DNA from: Eledone cirrhosa
Taxonomy: Eukaryota
Direction of reading: 5' to 3'
DNA length: 64,000 bases
Assembly: GCA_964016885.1 (NCBI GenBank)
Contig: OZ024740.1
Location: 257,114,001 to 257,178,000 of the forward strand
This document shows positions 44,269 to 59,538 of this stretch, one piece after another (the first letter of the stretch is position 1; each line of letters starts with the position of its first letter). The translations under genes and the position numbers were made by a program. A model generated the notes under the pieces. It saw only the letters and a list, made by a program, of their open reading frames with translations. It was not told where the DNA came from and did no database searches.

Positions 44269-46482
44269 CTACATTTTAAATTTAAATTTATATTTATAAG
44301 TTGAGTTTAATCTATGTTTGCAGCAACTGAATAAATTTGTCCGTAGATTAAGGGAATTTTTAGATTTTAGTATAAAGAATATCTCCTCTGCGCAGAGGTC
44401 ACATGTCTCAGAGGATGAATTAAAAGGAATTCCTCTTGAGACTATATTCCAAGCCGTCGAATATCTAACGTTATCTAGCTTAAGTTGCCAGAGTACGCCT
44501 GATAGTGCCGTTGAAGATTTTTTGCTTGGATCTGTGAAAGAATTCTTGTGGTTATTATAGCGAAGTTTAAATTCCGTCGATGTGGAACCGACGTAGTTAA
44601 AAGAATTAGAATCAGTTTTAACATTACAATTGTATACTATATTTTTAACTAAGCAGTTGTTATTTAACGGACATTTAGATCTATCTCTACAGTTACATTT
44701 GTTAACTTGTATATTATTTATGCTATTATCACTAGGTTTTAAGTTCCTATTATTTATTCTATTAATATTTTGTGCTAAATTTTTGGTGGATGAGTAGGTT
44801 AATTTTATAGTATGTCTATTGAAAATTGAGTGATACCTATGTGTTCTAGGGAAGCGATTATCAAGAGCTTTAAAAAATAGTTTAGCGATGTGGGTTTTAA
44901 TGTTTAGTGAGAAAGGGGGGGCAAACCAAATTATGTTCCTAGTTCTATTCCTTTTTTGGCCCTTGGAATTATTGTAATGCTTTCTATTATAGTTGTTAAG
45001 GTTGTTGCCGTAATTAAAATAGTTGTTATTTTGTTTAGTTTGTCTATCATTATCTATGTACATAATCTTATCAGTATATCCTGCTCTAGCTAACGCTTCA
45101 TTGTAGTACTGGGCTTTTTCGTCGAAAATCTTTCTATTAGACGAGATTCTAGAGATACGTTTTTGAACAGAGTTTACTATAGTGTTTTTGACAGATCTGG
45201 GGTGGTTAGAGTTAAAGCTGACATAGTTTAAGTTTTCATTCAACTTGTGAAAAGGATAGTGAAGACATGTGTTGAGATTTAATGTTATATCTAGGAAATT
45301 GACTATTCTATGGTTGTTCTCAATTTCTATTTTAAGATTAAAGTAATTAAAAAATTGTGTAATTTGTCTACGTTTTCTATTTAGTTCAGAGTTATTATTA
45401 TCAATAAGTAAAAGCATGTCATCTCTATATAAACCTTCGGTAGTACCAGGTATTTTCCTATGTAGCGAATTGATTAAAAATAAGCCCACAAGGTCAGTTA
45501 CCTGAGCTGAGTCGGATGATCCCATAGTAATGTCAAAATTGCTATCTCTATCTGCTCTGGTCCATAGTTGGTCATTAAATTCTATCAATGTTTTCCTAGC
45601 CGATAATATAATATGCATTTCATTGCTAGTTAGGTCTGTATGTTTGAATGCGTAATTTAGTGCCTTATTTAGTAGATTAGGGGTAATAGAAGAATAATAG
45701 TTAGCAATATCAAGTTGAATAAACTTATTATTATTGTTATATTTAATTTGCTTAAACCACTCAACAACCTCTCCAGTTCCCTTCCACAAGCTCAGGTTAG
45801 ATAAACAATCCAAGTTCTTAATTTGCTGTATCACCCTGTCAAGAATGTTTTTGCTTAATTTGCCCAGGTCCGATTTTGATGGTACGATCAATCTAACTGG
45901 CAAGTCATTTTCAAAATTCCTCTTGTGATCTTTCATATTGATCTTCGGTTTCCTGGGCACGAAAGGTTGTGTTCTGTTCTCAATTTCCAACTCGTGCATT
46001 ATACAAGATGCTTCGACATTCATTTTCTCAAGCTCGGCCTTATCTGCTACCTTGTACTTTTTCCTCAGTTCCTTCAGTATGAGGCCATTATACATGTCTT
46101 TCTGCACTCCATAGAGGTTGTTGGTCTTGTCAGATTTCACCAAGATCTTCTCAGTTTTCTCTAAGCTCTCAATATTATCCTTAATGGCTTTCAGATATTC
46201 CTGGCCTTTGAAGTTTCTCTTGAATTTGACCCCTTGTATGATAGAAATTATATCGTTTTCAAAGTCAGATAAAAGTTTGTTAGGGGGTGGATTTCTTTTA
46301 GATTTGAAAACTTTGTTTAAGTCCGAGACATTTTCATTTATATTAGATTTATCAAAGTGGAATGCTCGCCACCTGATTCTCCTTATAAAAGAGTCAGATT
46401 TATCTATTAATTGTTTTATAAAGTCTTTGTTTCTAGGTAGAGGTATGTCTTTTAAAGAGGAAGTAATCTTAAAGAATTCCAT
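44269..46482 (-). CDS. PLE polyprotein: reverse transcriptase + GIY-YIG endonuclease (737 aa)
   Basis: SLKDIPLP, SDKTNNLY, LDIANYYSSI, MGSSDSAQVTDLVG, GLYRDD, FLDITL, CNCRDRSKCPLNNNC, NIVYNC...NYVGST, CDLC, CKH; no internal stops. Confidence 0.95.
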   Translation of the reverse strand: MEFFKITSSLKDIPLPRNKDFIKQLIDKSDSFIRRIRWRAFHFDKSNINENVSDLNKVFKSKRNPPPNKLLSDFENDIISIIQGVKFKRNFKGQEYLKAIKDNIESLEKTEKILVKSDKTNNLYGVQKDMYNGLILKELRKKYKVADKAELEKMNVEASCIMHELEIENRTQPFVPRKPKINMKDHKRNFENDLPVRLIVPSKSDLGKLSKNILDRVIQQIKNLDCLSNLSLWKGTGEVVEWFKQIKYNNNNKFIQLDIANYYSSITPNLLNKALNYAFKHTDLTSNEMHIILSARKTLIEFNDQLWTRADRDSNFDITMGSSDSAQVTDLVGLFLINSLHRKIPGTTEGLYRDDMLLLIDNNNSELNRKRRQITQFFNYFNLKIEIENNHRIVNFLDITLNLNTCLHYPFHKLNENLNYVSFNSNHPRSVKNTIVNSVQKRISRISSNRKIFDEKAQYYNEALARAGYTDKIMYIDNDRQTKQNNNYFNYGNNLNNYNRKHYNNSKGQKRNRTRNIIWFAPPFSLNIKTHIAKLFFKALDNRFPRTHRYHSIFNRHTIKLTYSSTKNLAQNINRINNRNLKPSDNSINNIQVNKCNCRDRSKCPLNNNCLVKNIVYNCNVKTDSNSFNYVGSTSTEFKLRYNNHKNSFTDPSKKSSTALSGVLWQLKLDNVRYSTAWNIVSRGIPFNSSSETCDLCAEEIFFILKSKNSLNLRTNLFSCCKHRLNSTYKYKFKFKM

Positions 46483-47998
46483 TTTTTCAGTTATAGTATA
46501 AAGCGCTCAACAGTATTGGAGCAAGATACATGGAAAGTTATATTTAAATTGTTGGGTTACAACTAGTAAATATTAATAACTGATATAAAAGCACTCGACA
46601 AGTATTTGGAGTATATTTACGATATTAAATAGATGGAAACTATATTTATAAAACCATATTTATTTCGTTATATATATTTCAGGGATATCATATTAACAAT
46701 ATGCTATGCCTTCCTCAGACAAAATACAATATAAACAGTTTTATAGATAAATAGATTTGACATACCGTACAACATCGACTTGTATTTGAAAAGTTGAATT
46801 GGCAGTGAAAACATTGTAAACAGAAAGAAAGAAAGAGAGAAAAAAGAAAGAAAGACAGAAAACGAAGAAAAAGAAGAAAAAGAAGAAATGCATGGAACAA
46901 AATAGAGAGATGGAAAGATAGATAAAGAGAAGAACTTCATGTAAAGAAACAGAGAGAGATATAGAGAGAGAGAGGAAATAGATAGAGATAGATATATATA
47001 TAGAAAAATATGTAGTTGGACATCCGTTGAGTAAACGTATCAATGATACATTTATTTATTTATTTATTTATTTAGCTCTAGTATTAATGTAAGGGAGATA
47101 TATGTGGTTAGGAGAGAAACCAGCAGTTATATAGAGAGAAAAATGAAAAGTGACCAGACATAGGCGAGGCATATAAATCCTATGTTTTAATGTAGAAGTA
47201 TTAATATGTATAAAAAATATGTATAAAAACCAGGCACTATATTGAAAATATCAGTATTCCTGAATGAGACACGTATCCATAATGTGTGAAAAGTAATGAT
47301 CTTATGTTTAGTTTTAAAAAATTCATATGTTTATATGATAACTACAAACATCGATGTGAATTTACATGATGCTATAAAAATTTAAGTATACACATATGTG
47401 TATATATATACACAGATATATATAGAGTCTATATTACTACTATTCTTGTCTTTACTCTACAAGATTATCTATCAAGCAGAAATAGAATGGTTTTTATACA
47501 TATTTTTTATACATATTAATACTTCTACATTAAAACATAGGATTTATATGCCTCGCCTATGTCTGGTCACTTTTCATTTTTCTCTCTATATAACTGCTGG
47601 TTTCTCTCCTAACCACATATATCTCCCTTACATTAATACTAGAGCTAAATAAATAAATAAATAAATAAATGTATCATTGATACGTTTACTCAACGGATGT
47701 CCAACTACATATTTTTCTATATATATATCTATCTCTATCTATTTCCTCTCTCTATATATATCTCTCTTTGTTTCTTTACATGAAGTTCTTCTCTTTATCT
47801 ATCTTTCCATCTCTCTATTTTGTTCCATGCATTTCTTCTTTTTCTTCTTTTTCTTCTTTTTCTTCGTTTTCTGTCTTTCTTTCTTTTTTCTCTCTTTCTT
47901 TCTGTTTACAATTTTTTCACTGCCAATTCAACTTTTCAAATACAAGTCGATGTTGTACGGTATGTCAAATCTATTTATCTATAAAACTGTTTATATTG

Positions 47999-48064
47999 TA
48001 TTTTGTCTGAGGAAGGCATAGCATATTGTTAATATGATATCCCTGAAATATATATAACGAAATA
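47999..48064 (+). ncRNA. Hammerhead ribozyme in pLTR (copies at 46661-46726 and 42896-42961, both minus)
   Basis: tattttgt-CTGAGGA-agg-catagcatatt-gtt-aatatgatat-ccct-GAAA-tatata-TA-acgaaata. Confidence 0.85.
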
Positions 48065-48104
48065 AATATGGTTTTATAAATATAGTTTCCATCTATTTAA
48101 TATC

Positions 48105-48178
<74 letters not shown>

Positions 48179-50550
48179 GTGTATGCTAAGCTGCTGGCGT
48201 ATATGATAAATTATACCTGTATATATACACTGAGACGTAACCGAGATTTCGCAAATATCTATATGAATTTACACAGCTTTTGTGTATTGCCACGTAAACA
48301 TGCTAAATAAATGTATTTTCCCGTAAATTGAAAAACACTAAAGAATAACTTTAATCGATTTTAAACCTTGTTGGTTTTTCATAAGAAATGTATATCACTA
48401 AACAACTACAAAGCAATACGTAGCATGACATGTCGTGCGGCCAGATTTAAGGAGTATCTAGATATTAGAAAACTATGACAAAACGTACCAATCCAAGGGT
48501 GCAGTTTGGGTGGATTCCTTGCGGCATCAAACAGGATGCTTTGTTGAATCTCTCACATCTCTGAGATCAAATTTGAATAAATGATCAAAAGTATGTCTGT
48601 GCATGGTGTCAACCAGTGTTTTCCAATATGGCGTCTTTGAGTTAAATTGGGGGCCAAGTTGTAAACCATTTTGCGGTAGGCCCTGGAAACTGATCACCGA
48701 TATCTGATCTCGATCAGGCAAATGATAGCAACCTAAGACACCAACATACCTAAGAAGATGTCGGCTAAGTTCAAAATTTCAAGTACTTTGTTATACAAAT
48801 TATATACACATACTAGTGTTTATCACTACTTCTCTGTTTCTAAACATTTCTTTACTACAATTTTTATTCTGACCTAATGACATTTTAAAATGGCATTAAC
48901 TGTAACACGGGGTGTGTAGGAAAATTTATTTAATAACAGTCTTAATGCCAAATTTCTGCCCATGAATTAGAAGTAAATTTTAAAATAATATAAAACATTG
49001 GAGGGATTAGGTAATATAACCAATCTCCTTATTAGTAAATTGATTGTTGGAACATAATTTATGATTATGATTGATGCATTATGGTGGATAAGTACAAACA
49101 CTTTAAACTAAACAATTTTGTATCATAAAACTACTTTGATATAAAACAGGATTTAAACAATTGATAATATCGACATTTCTCTACAAATGTTACCTCCACG
49201 ACCACCAGGATAACTCTCACAACAGTTATCTTCATCGTCATCTTAGTGACCACCATCCCACCACTACCATGACCACGACCACCACCACCACCACTATTAT
49301 CACTGTAACTATTTCCATAACAACTCACGTCTATCACTCCATTAATGTCTATCCCCCATCACACCACAAACTCTATCATCATCCTTGTGACCAACACTAC
49401 GACTACCTTTATTGCCACCATTGCCACCACGATCACCCAACATTAAAAATACTAATATCATTCCACGAATACCACAACTACCACCACCACTAATAACACT
49501 ACTAACACTTCCACCACCACAACAACTACCACTACATATTATCATAAACACCACCATTACCAACACAATCCTCAACAATCATGCAGACCACCACCACCAC
49601 TTACCCCACTATAGCCTCCCCCCAGCCACATATCAGCCCCTTGAGTAGATAATGCTCAGTAACGTTGTTAATTATTCTCTTCCTGTCACATAAAATGCCA
49701 AAAGACTGCTCCACCCGTTTCTATGAATAGTTCACTTCCTTTTTCTTCTATCTTACGCCACTTGCATCTCTTCCGCTTGTATGTCTCTCTATATACGCTG
49801 CTTTATCTTTCTTTCTTTCTTTCTCTCTCTCTCTATCTCTCTCTTCCCTCCTCTCTCTCTTTCTTCCTATACACACACACACACGCACATGCGCGCACAT
49901 ACATATATATGTGTGTGTGCGTGTGTGTGGCTATGTGTATGTATGTGTGTGTAGCACCTTTTCTTTGAAATCTTATACTCTTCTCAAGTCCATTAAGTTT
50001 TCAAGACCGAAACTTCATTTTTCAGAATGAAATGACAATATCGGCGCGTTGTTGAAGCGCTTTGTAGTGGGCGGTAAAGGATCGTGGGAATAATGGTTGT
50101 AACTGGTAAAATTGTTTCTCAATTAATTTCTGCTTTATTCTGTAGTTTATTTGACAATAGCTCCAACATTGTGTGGATCTTTCATTTGTTGTTTGCATAT
50201 TTTTAAATGTTCCATATTAGCGAAATGGGAAAGAGTTTAGAGCTTCAGATTTATTTGGCCTTTCTGCTATGGGCAAATTAACGGGGTTGTTAAAGAGAAT
50301 CATATGGTGCTTTGTAATATCTGATCCAACTCTGTTGTGACTGGCACTTAGTATCAGCCATTGAAAGACCAATGGAAACATAGTTTCTTTAGTCTTATCA
50401 AACGTTAAGGAAATTAAAGAGCCATTGTTAAACATAATGATGGGTAAAAAACTCTATTGAAATTTGAAATTATTTACTGAACGTATTTCTGTAGGTGTAT
50501 ATGTAATATAACTCCTGAAGACGCGTGGCTAAGTCGTTACGTTGTTTGGT

Positions 50551-50611
<61 letters not shown>

Positions 50612-51010
50612 CACACAAACACACACCATCACACACACACTCGCACACGCAAACACACACATACATATATATGTATTACATGTATGTATAATTTTAATGA
50701 ATTTGGGTAAATTAATCTTGAAGCTGAAAAAAATAGAGCCGGCTGCAGGTTTCCAGCCTAATATATTCTTTTCTGCCTATCTTTTCTTCTGTCACCCAGG
50801 GCAATTTATCCGATGTAGTTAGCTACCTCACAGCCATTATATGAACTGTGGTACCTTTTCAAAATAATAGCAAATAGATTAATAATTTTCAAACTTGCCC
50901 CATTTTTTCGTATAATATGCGCGTCTGTGCTTGTGTGTGAGTATGTAAATTCACGTTTATTTAAGCACAGATACACACATATTTTCTCTATGTCAGTATC
51001 TATTTGTGTG

Positions 51011-51084
<74 letters not shown>

Positions 51085-51505
51085 ACTCTCTCTATATCTA
51101 TTTATCTAAATATATGTCTATAAAGTGGATCTGAAATATGAGATTCAGTCATACACGCATAAGCCAAGCCGCAGTTGCATTCATAAAAATAATGACATAC
51201 GAGTATATGTATATATATATATATATAGATATGTGCACGTGTGAGTGAGACTGTGTGTGTTTGTGTATATATATATAAATATGTCTCATAGTTTCTCTCT
51301 CTCACACACACACACGTACGCGCGTGCACACACACACTCACACATATATATATAGAGAGAGATAGTTATACACGAACATAATGTGTACATACACACACTT
51401 ATGACTATCTAAACCGATCTTTTTTAACGATCACAATCTAAAGGGATTATACATATCCCTGACCTTACATACAGTCACATAGTCATACACACACTCACAC
51501 ACACA

Positions 51506-51551
<46 letters not shown>

Positions 51552-52026
51552 TACTCACGAATACATATACACACATATACGCACTATATATATATATAAA
51601 TGTTTATACACTTATGAATTAAAAGCCTATATATTTCTAACATCAGTCAGTAACTATAAGTTTGTGTAAAAGTGAGGAGCTAGATTAACGTCAAAGAATT
51701 TGACTGATAAGAGACAGAATTTTAATCGTTGATTCGGCAGAATGCTCAGTAATAACCGCAAAATATGAATGGAAGTAATGTTCTTTTAAAGTATTTTTAG
51801 TCAAATGTAGAATTAATATTTGAACATCTACGTCAATCTGCATTGACCATATTTTCCAAATGTTTTCATCAACTGAATTTTTTCACGAGCGATATTCTCT
51901 GCTTGTCCCTTTTTAAATCTCACTCTTCTCTCATTAATATATATATATATATTATTCAAAATATTAATATGTATATATTTATAAATATATAAATATATAT
52001 ATATATATACATATATATACATATAT

Positions 52027-52061
<35 letters not shown>

Positions 52062-52070
52062 ATATATATG

Positions 52071-52982
52071 AAATACAATATGTTGAAAAGGTAACACACT
52101 AAAGAGAGATAGTGTGCCATCAATAAAACAGGGAAAGCCACCAGTGTATGGAATCAACACTTTCCTGGCGAAACAGATCTCTTTGGATTTGTTCGCGTGT
52201 GTTATATAGTTATAGAGGTGTCTATATACATTTTAATTTATATTTTTAATTATTGTGTGTCTACCCTGCCTTTTATAGGTTATAGATTCCATACACTGGT
52301 GTTTTTCTCTGTTTTATTGATGACACACTCTCTCTCTTTAGTGTGTTACCTTTTCCACATATTGTATTTTAAAGAGCTCAGGATTCCTTTTCCTTTGAGC
52401 ACATTATTGACAGGGAATAACGAGCGTCTATGGCTCCGTTAATTTATCGTGATATTTCGCTCCTTATAAGTCTTTCCTCTTTCTCTGTTTGCTTGAGCAC
52501 ACTCCTTTGAGTGGTTTTTGGGCTGCCCTTTCTAGCAGCTCGTCCCTCAGATACCACTGGTTCACTGCCCTAAACACGCTGTGATATCTCTCTGCATGTA
52601 GCTGGACGGTCGCTTTAGATTCTCTTAGAGTTGTCTGGAATGTATAGTCTTGCACGCGCTGATGTACCATAGGCTATTCTATTTCAGTCAACAACTTCCT
52701 GGCGAAACAGATCTCTTTGGATTTGTACGCGTGTGTTATATAGTTATAGAGGTGCGTATATACATTTTAATTTATATTTATAATTATTATACCCTGCCTT
52801 TTATAGGTTATATATTCCATACACTGGTGGTTTTCCCTGCTTTATTGATGGCTCACTCTCTCTCTTTAGTGTGTTACCTTTTCAACATATTGTATTTTAA
52901 AGAGCTCAGAATTCCTTTTCCTTTCAGTACATTATTGACAGGGAATAACGAGCGTCTATGGCTCCGTTAATTTATCGTGATA
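52071..52982 (+). repeat. HHR-bearing 534-bp tandem repeat (about 1.5 units) with a 5' inverted segment (52071-52155)
   Basis: ttcctggcgaaacag at 52162 and 52696; HHR at 52653-52733; (TA)n flanks. Confidence 0.88.
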
Positions 52983-53124
52983 TATATATACATACATACA
53001 TGTATATATATATATACATGTATGTATGTATATATGTAAGTAGGTAATTATATATATATGTATATGTGTGTGTATGTATATACACATATATATATAAATA
53101 TATATATATGTATATATGTGTTTA

Positions 53125-53732
<608 letters not shown>

Positions 53733-54732
53733 TATATAGATATATGTACGTATATACATATATACATATATACATATATATATATATATACACATATATA
53801 TATGTATGTAGATATATGTATGTTTATATATATACGTATATATATATATAGATATATATATTTAGAGAGAGAGAGAGAGAGGAGAAAAGAGAGAGAGAGT
53901 GTGTGTGTGCGTGTGTATGTGTGCATGCCTGTGTGCGTGTTTGTTCGTTTGAAGTATCGTTGAATATGTAGAATACATTTTGTTATAGAAATTTACAGCA
54001 ATGCATATCGAACATTAACAATCGTAAATATCGATAAATATACTGAAATGTTTCATTAGAATCATTTAATATTTAAGTAAACCCTCACACACTGAGACAG
54101 CGGAAACTTTTGTCAAGGTCAGTGAGTCCTAAATCGTTCACCGCCATTTGTAATGCAAAGAAGCGAAATTATATTTCTCAATGTGAAAAACAAAAATTGA
54201 AATTCGAAATATAGTTCATATATAACTGTCAAAGTTACTAATGAAGATATAAGTATTAAAACATCGCTAAACAACATAGAGTGTATGTTTCTCATACATT
54301 GCTCTAATTATTGACAAAAGAATTACAAGTAATTCTTCCGTATTCTTAATTATTTATATACCAATACGTTCAAATACATTTCTTTGAATATATTTCCGAA
54401 TTATTTCTGTATTACATATAGTTGGAGAACCAGTGGTCTAGGGATTGTTCAAAGATTTTCACTTGCCCTTTCTATTAACGCTACAGCAGTTCTCTTTCGT
54501 CTGAACTATCAAGTACGATGTCAATCTATATACACGCCTTTCTTCCTTAAATTATCCCTAGTGTAGATCACCATAGCAGCGTACTAACTCCACGTAACTC
54601 TCTCCCCCAGGATCTCACTCTCAGTCGATACTTTCGTTAATGACATTTTCCGACAAATGGCCAACAAACACCAATTTTAACAATCTAGATACTACTATAT
54701 AACACTAGCGCAATTCGTTGGACTCACAATAG

Positions 54733-54880
54733 TGGTTTCTGATTTAAGCAAAAGACCAGCAATTTTGAAGAAGATAGTCGACGAAATCGACCCTAGTGCG
54801 TTACTGGTACTTTATTTTATCGATACCGTAAGGATGAAAGCAAAGTTAACCTCGGTGGGATTTGAACTCAGAAAGAAAAG
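54733..54880 (-). mobile_element. SINE family A
   Basis: Homology to the other copies. Confidence 0.8.
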
Positions 54881-55389
54881 GGACATAACTCTATGTCGCA
54901 AAGACGTTCTATGGTCCTGGGAGTCAGTATAGTAAAGTAGTATAATTTAAATGCTATATTGCAGAAATAGCATATGCCATTTCCACACTTCATTACAGTC
55001 TTATGTAGTGAGTTCCTTAATTCAATGTACCGTGTTCAAATATCCACTGGTTAATCATTGCTTTTTATCATTTCTATGTCCTCCACAACACGTACCAATA
55101 AAACACAATTCTCCTTTATAAATGTGTGGCATACTACCAATATTAAAAACAATTATTTTCATGTTCCTTTGTTGTTGGTTTTTACGTATATTGTATTTAT
55201 TTTATATTGTTTTATTTTCATGCGATTACTTAATTGTAGAGCCCCGGTTTAACGTTATGAAACCTGTCAATCGTACTTTTCTTAAGTTGCTCTTGTCTGA
55301 AACTTTAAAGTGAAGTCTTAATGTCTTCATTTCACTTCACTATTCTGACTCATATCCTTCCATTAAGAACGCTATTACTATAATAGATT

Positions 55390-55433
<44 letters not shown>

Positions 55434-55435
55434 CG

Positions 55436-55485
<50 letters not shown>

Positions 55486-55569
55486 CGTATATATATATAC
55501 ATATATATATATAAATATATATTAAACATATATATGTATATGTATACATGTATATACATATATATATAC

Positions 55570-55631
<62 letters not shown>

Positions 55632-56560
55632 ATGTGTGTGAATGTGTGTGTGTGTGTGTGTATATACGAGTATATATACACGTTTGATTCTCAGGTTTAA
55701 AAGGAAATAAATGACATTGTGTGTTGACGTCTGTGTTCTTTCCCAAAGTAATTTGGTTAACTCAAATAAGTAAGCTAACCTCACCTCCTTTGCAGAAGTG
55801 GATAGAGACTCCATCGATTGTATTACCTGTCGATTGTTTTTTATTCAAACGAATATGTTGTCTGTAAGCATACTGAATTATTAGAGGAACATTGAACAAT
55901 GACGGGGTCGCCTACGAGACAATTTAACTTACTAGAATCAACAGTTAAATTACCTATAATAAACCCTCACCGATTTAAACAAGGCTATGAGGACACGAAG
56001 GTTACGTTTGGAATGCATTCGCTCATATGCGGTTTAGAATGCTCGTGTCTCAGAAGCAGTAGCAAGAGCAATATTTTATACTGGGAATCATCTGAACTAT
56101 GTAGAGATTTAGTAATATATTAGTGACTGTAGCTATATTAAGTATATGTGTTCACCAGCAGAGATCTTGATGTATTAGTAATATTTAGTTTATCGAATCT
56201 CGATTATTGTTAAACAACCGGTGAATTGGCAGAAATGTTAAAGGCATCGGATTAAATACCTGGGAATTTGTCTCGGGTCACCTTGCTCTGAACTGAAATC
56301 CAATCGTGGCCAACATTGTCCTCTATCCATTTGGGGTCGACAAATAAAGTAAAATAAAATGGCTGTGGATTGATGGATTTAATAAAGAATCAGACTGGAT
56401 AATTTGCGTTTTCTGTTAAGGTTCAGAGCGTTTTCAGTGGAAATCCAGATTTCCTTACATGTTAAGTTTATGGAATTTGTTTGTAGTAAATAAGCTCTTT
56501 TGCAAAGATTGAGTACTGTTTTCCTTGATCTTTTATCCAGGTGTTTCTACTAACACCTAT

Positions 56561-56592
<32 letters not shown>

Positions 56593-56906
56593 GTGCAGTG
56601 CACCTTATTACTACATTAGTGCGGCCGCAACTCGAGTTCGGGAACTATTATAGGCACCCGTTTTACGTGTGTTGTATTGAAGCGAATTACTATGTGTAAT
56701 CTCTGGGAATGTATCTTACATTGCCCATGGAGTACGCTGAGATACAACCGGTCCTGGCATTGATAAATATGCTGGGTCCGTCAACTCCGTATTATATATA
56801 TATATATATATATATGATCTTTTTATTTTTGTTTTGTTTTGCTTTACATTACATGGACTACATTTTATTTTTTGTATCTATCATTTGTGATTCTGTCTCT
56901 ATGTTT

Positions 56907-56948
56907 GTACTCCTGAAGAAGGGCTAAAGCCCGACACGTCGAACGTAC
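56907..56948 (+). ncRNA. Hammerhead motif with mutated GAAA
   Basis: gtactc-CTGAAGA-agggc-taaa-gccc-GACA-cgTC-ga..gtac. Confidence 0.6.
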
Positions 56949-57672
56949 TTTTCCCTTTTCTATATGAAGCGTGAAACTAATAAGACTTTTTGAACCTCTG
57001 TTTATTGTTTACTAGAACTATATATATACATACGACATACGACAAACTTCACTCCTACATTCTCAAAAATAAACGTATATATATATCTATATGAACAAAT
57101 AATGTTGTCTCTGATCGAGACGAAGTGAGAGTGTATTTGAATTCATTTCGAAACCATTTTGGTAGCTTGAGAGCTGATGCGGATGAATATGTATGTATGT
57201 AAACTTGTCTTCTACATCACCTTTATTTATTTCATCTTCCGGTCAATTGTGTACGCCAACACACTTCGCCTTGTTCTCCTCGTTCAGTCTTTTCTATATT
57301 TCATCTTCCTGTCACCCACCTTAAGGATTGTCTCTCTGTTAACCACTGGCCGAAGGTCGCTATCCTTTGAGGTGCTTTTGCCCATCGCTCTCTTTGACAG
57401 ACTCTAGCTTTTTTAATAGTTGTTCTAGATATGATTTTTCTCATTTTTAAATGTATATATTCATATAAAAATGAGAAAAGTCATCGCTAGAACAGCCGTT
57501 AAGAAAGCTAAACGCTGTCAAAAACAACGTTGGCCAAAAGTTCCTCAGGGAAGAGAGAAGGGAAGATAAGCAAAATTAAGGTAAGTCACTGAATTGATCA
57601 ATTCATTTATTGAAAAGTGACTTTTATATAACTTCTCATTTGAGGGTCACTTTCCGATATACATGTAAATGC

Positions 57673-57704
<32 letters not shown>

Positions 57705-57711
<7 letters not shown>

Positions 57712-58046
57712 AAGGTTTAGTAAATAATGAAAAAGTTTCAAAATAAATTTTAAAAAATTGACTTTACCTACTAAGGTTACCTTTACCGATCGGTTTCGAA
57801 TCCCAAAAATAAAACGGAGACCATACGGCCTTCGTTGCAAAGAAAGATTCTCGTCAGAAGGTTCTTTCCATTCAAAGAATATAAAATTCCTGAATTTAAA
57901 TCACATTCTTTGCAACGAAGGCCGTATGGTCTCCGTTTTATTTTTGGGATTCGAAACCGATCGGTAAAGGTAACTATAGTAGGTAAAGTCAATTTTTTTA
58001 AATTTATTTTGAAACTTTTTCATTATTTACTAAACCTTGTTTATAT
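57705..58046. repeat. Fold-back element with ~140-bp arms; HHR at 57780-57861 (-)
   Basis: Minus strand: cctt-CTGACGA-gaatc...gattc-GAAA-ccgatcgg-TA-aagg. Confidence 0.88.
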
Positions 58047-58157
58047 TTGTTCTGGCTCGTTAATTTATTAACCCGCCATTGAACCACACTGGCATTTGGT
58101 TGGACAATACATGCGTACCTTGGCGCCTTGTGCGTGAAGGAACGTATTTCCTATTAC

Positions 58158-58203
<46 letters not shown>

Positions 58204-58458
58204 GAGATACAGTGTCCGTGTTGTTTGCTCTGATCTGTGCAAACAGCACGGACACTCTATCTCAAAATTATTTTTGAAAAGCATTTAGAAATGCGCAACC
58301 GGTAAAAACTTAAAACTTAAAACCACAACTGAATACTAACCCATACAATTACTAATACTCTTTTATTCCTAATTAAACCATTTTTCAACTGTGAACAATT
58401 TGTCACCATTTTCTATTCCGTTTACCAATATATAATAACTTGTGTGTTACACCTCTAT

Positions 58459-59538
<1,080 letters not shown>

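Larger units (their letters stand above)
42761..48106 (-). mobile_element. Full-length Penelope-like retroelement (Naiad-type) with tandem and inverted pLTRs
   Basis: Direct repeats 42761-43726 and 46526-47486; inverted copy 47488-48106 of 46618-47232; (TA)n on both flanks; intact ORF. Confidence 0.95.

Noticed and set aside
44269-46482. Selenocysteine (in-frame UGA) recoding, reported for some Naiad PLEs
   Set aside because: All conserved Cys positions are ordinary Cys codons here and in the other three copies; no SECIS recognised
45734-46501. Plus-strand ORFs overlapping the PLE ORF
   Set aside because: Antisense shadows of the RT reading frame
48490-48735. Non-repetitive, coding-looking stretch on the minus strand
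   Set aside because: Stops in all frames and no recognisable motif; needs BLAST or RNA-seq
49130-49650. His/Thr/Pro-rich ORFs
   Set aside because: Degenerate (CAC/CAT)n low-complexity sequence
55786-55827. Possible 42-nt host exon on the minus strand (AG...GTGAGG)
   Set aside because: No polypyrimidine tract, no recognisable peptide and no partner exons
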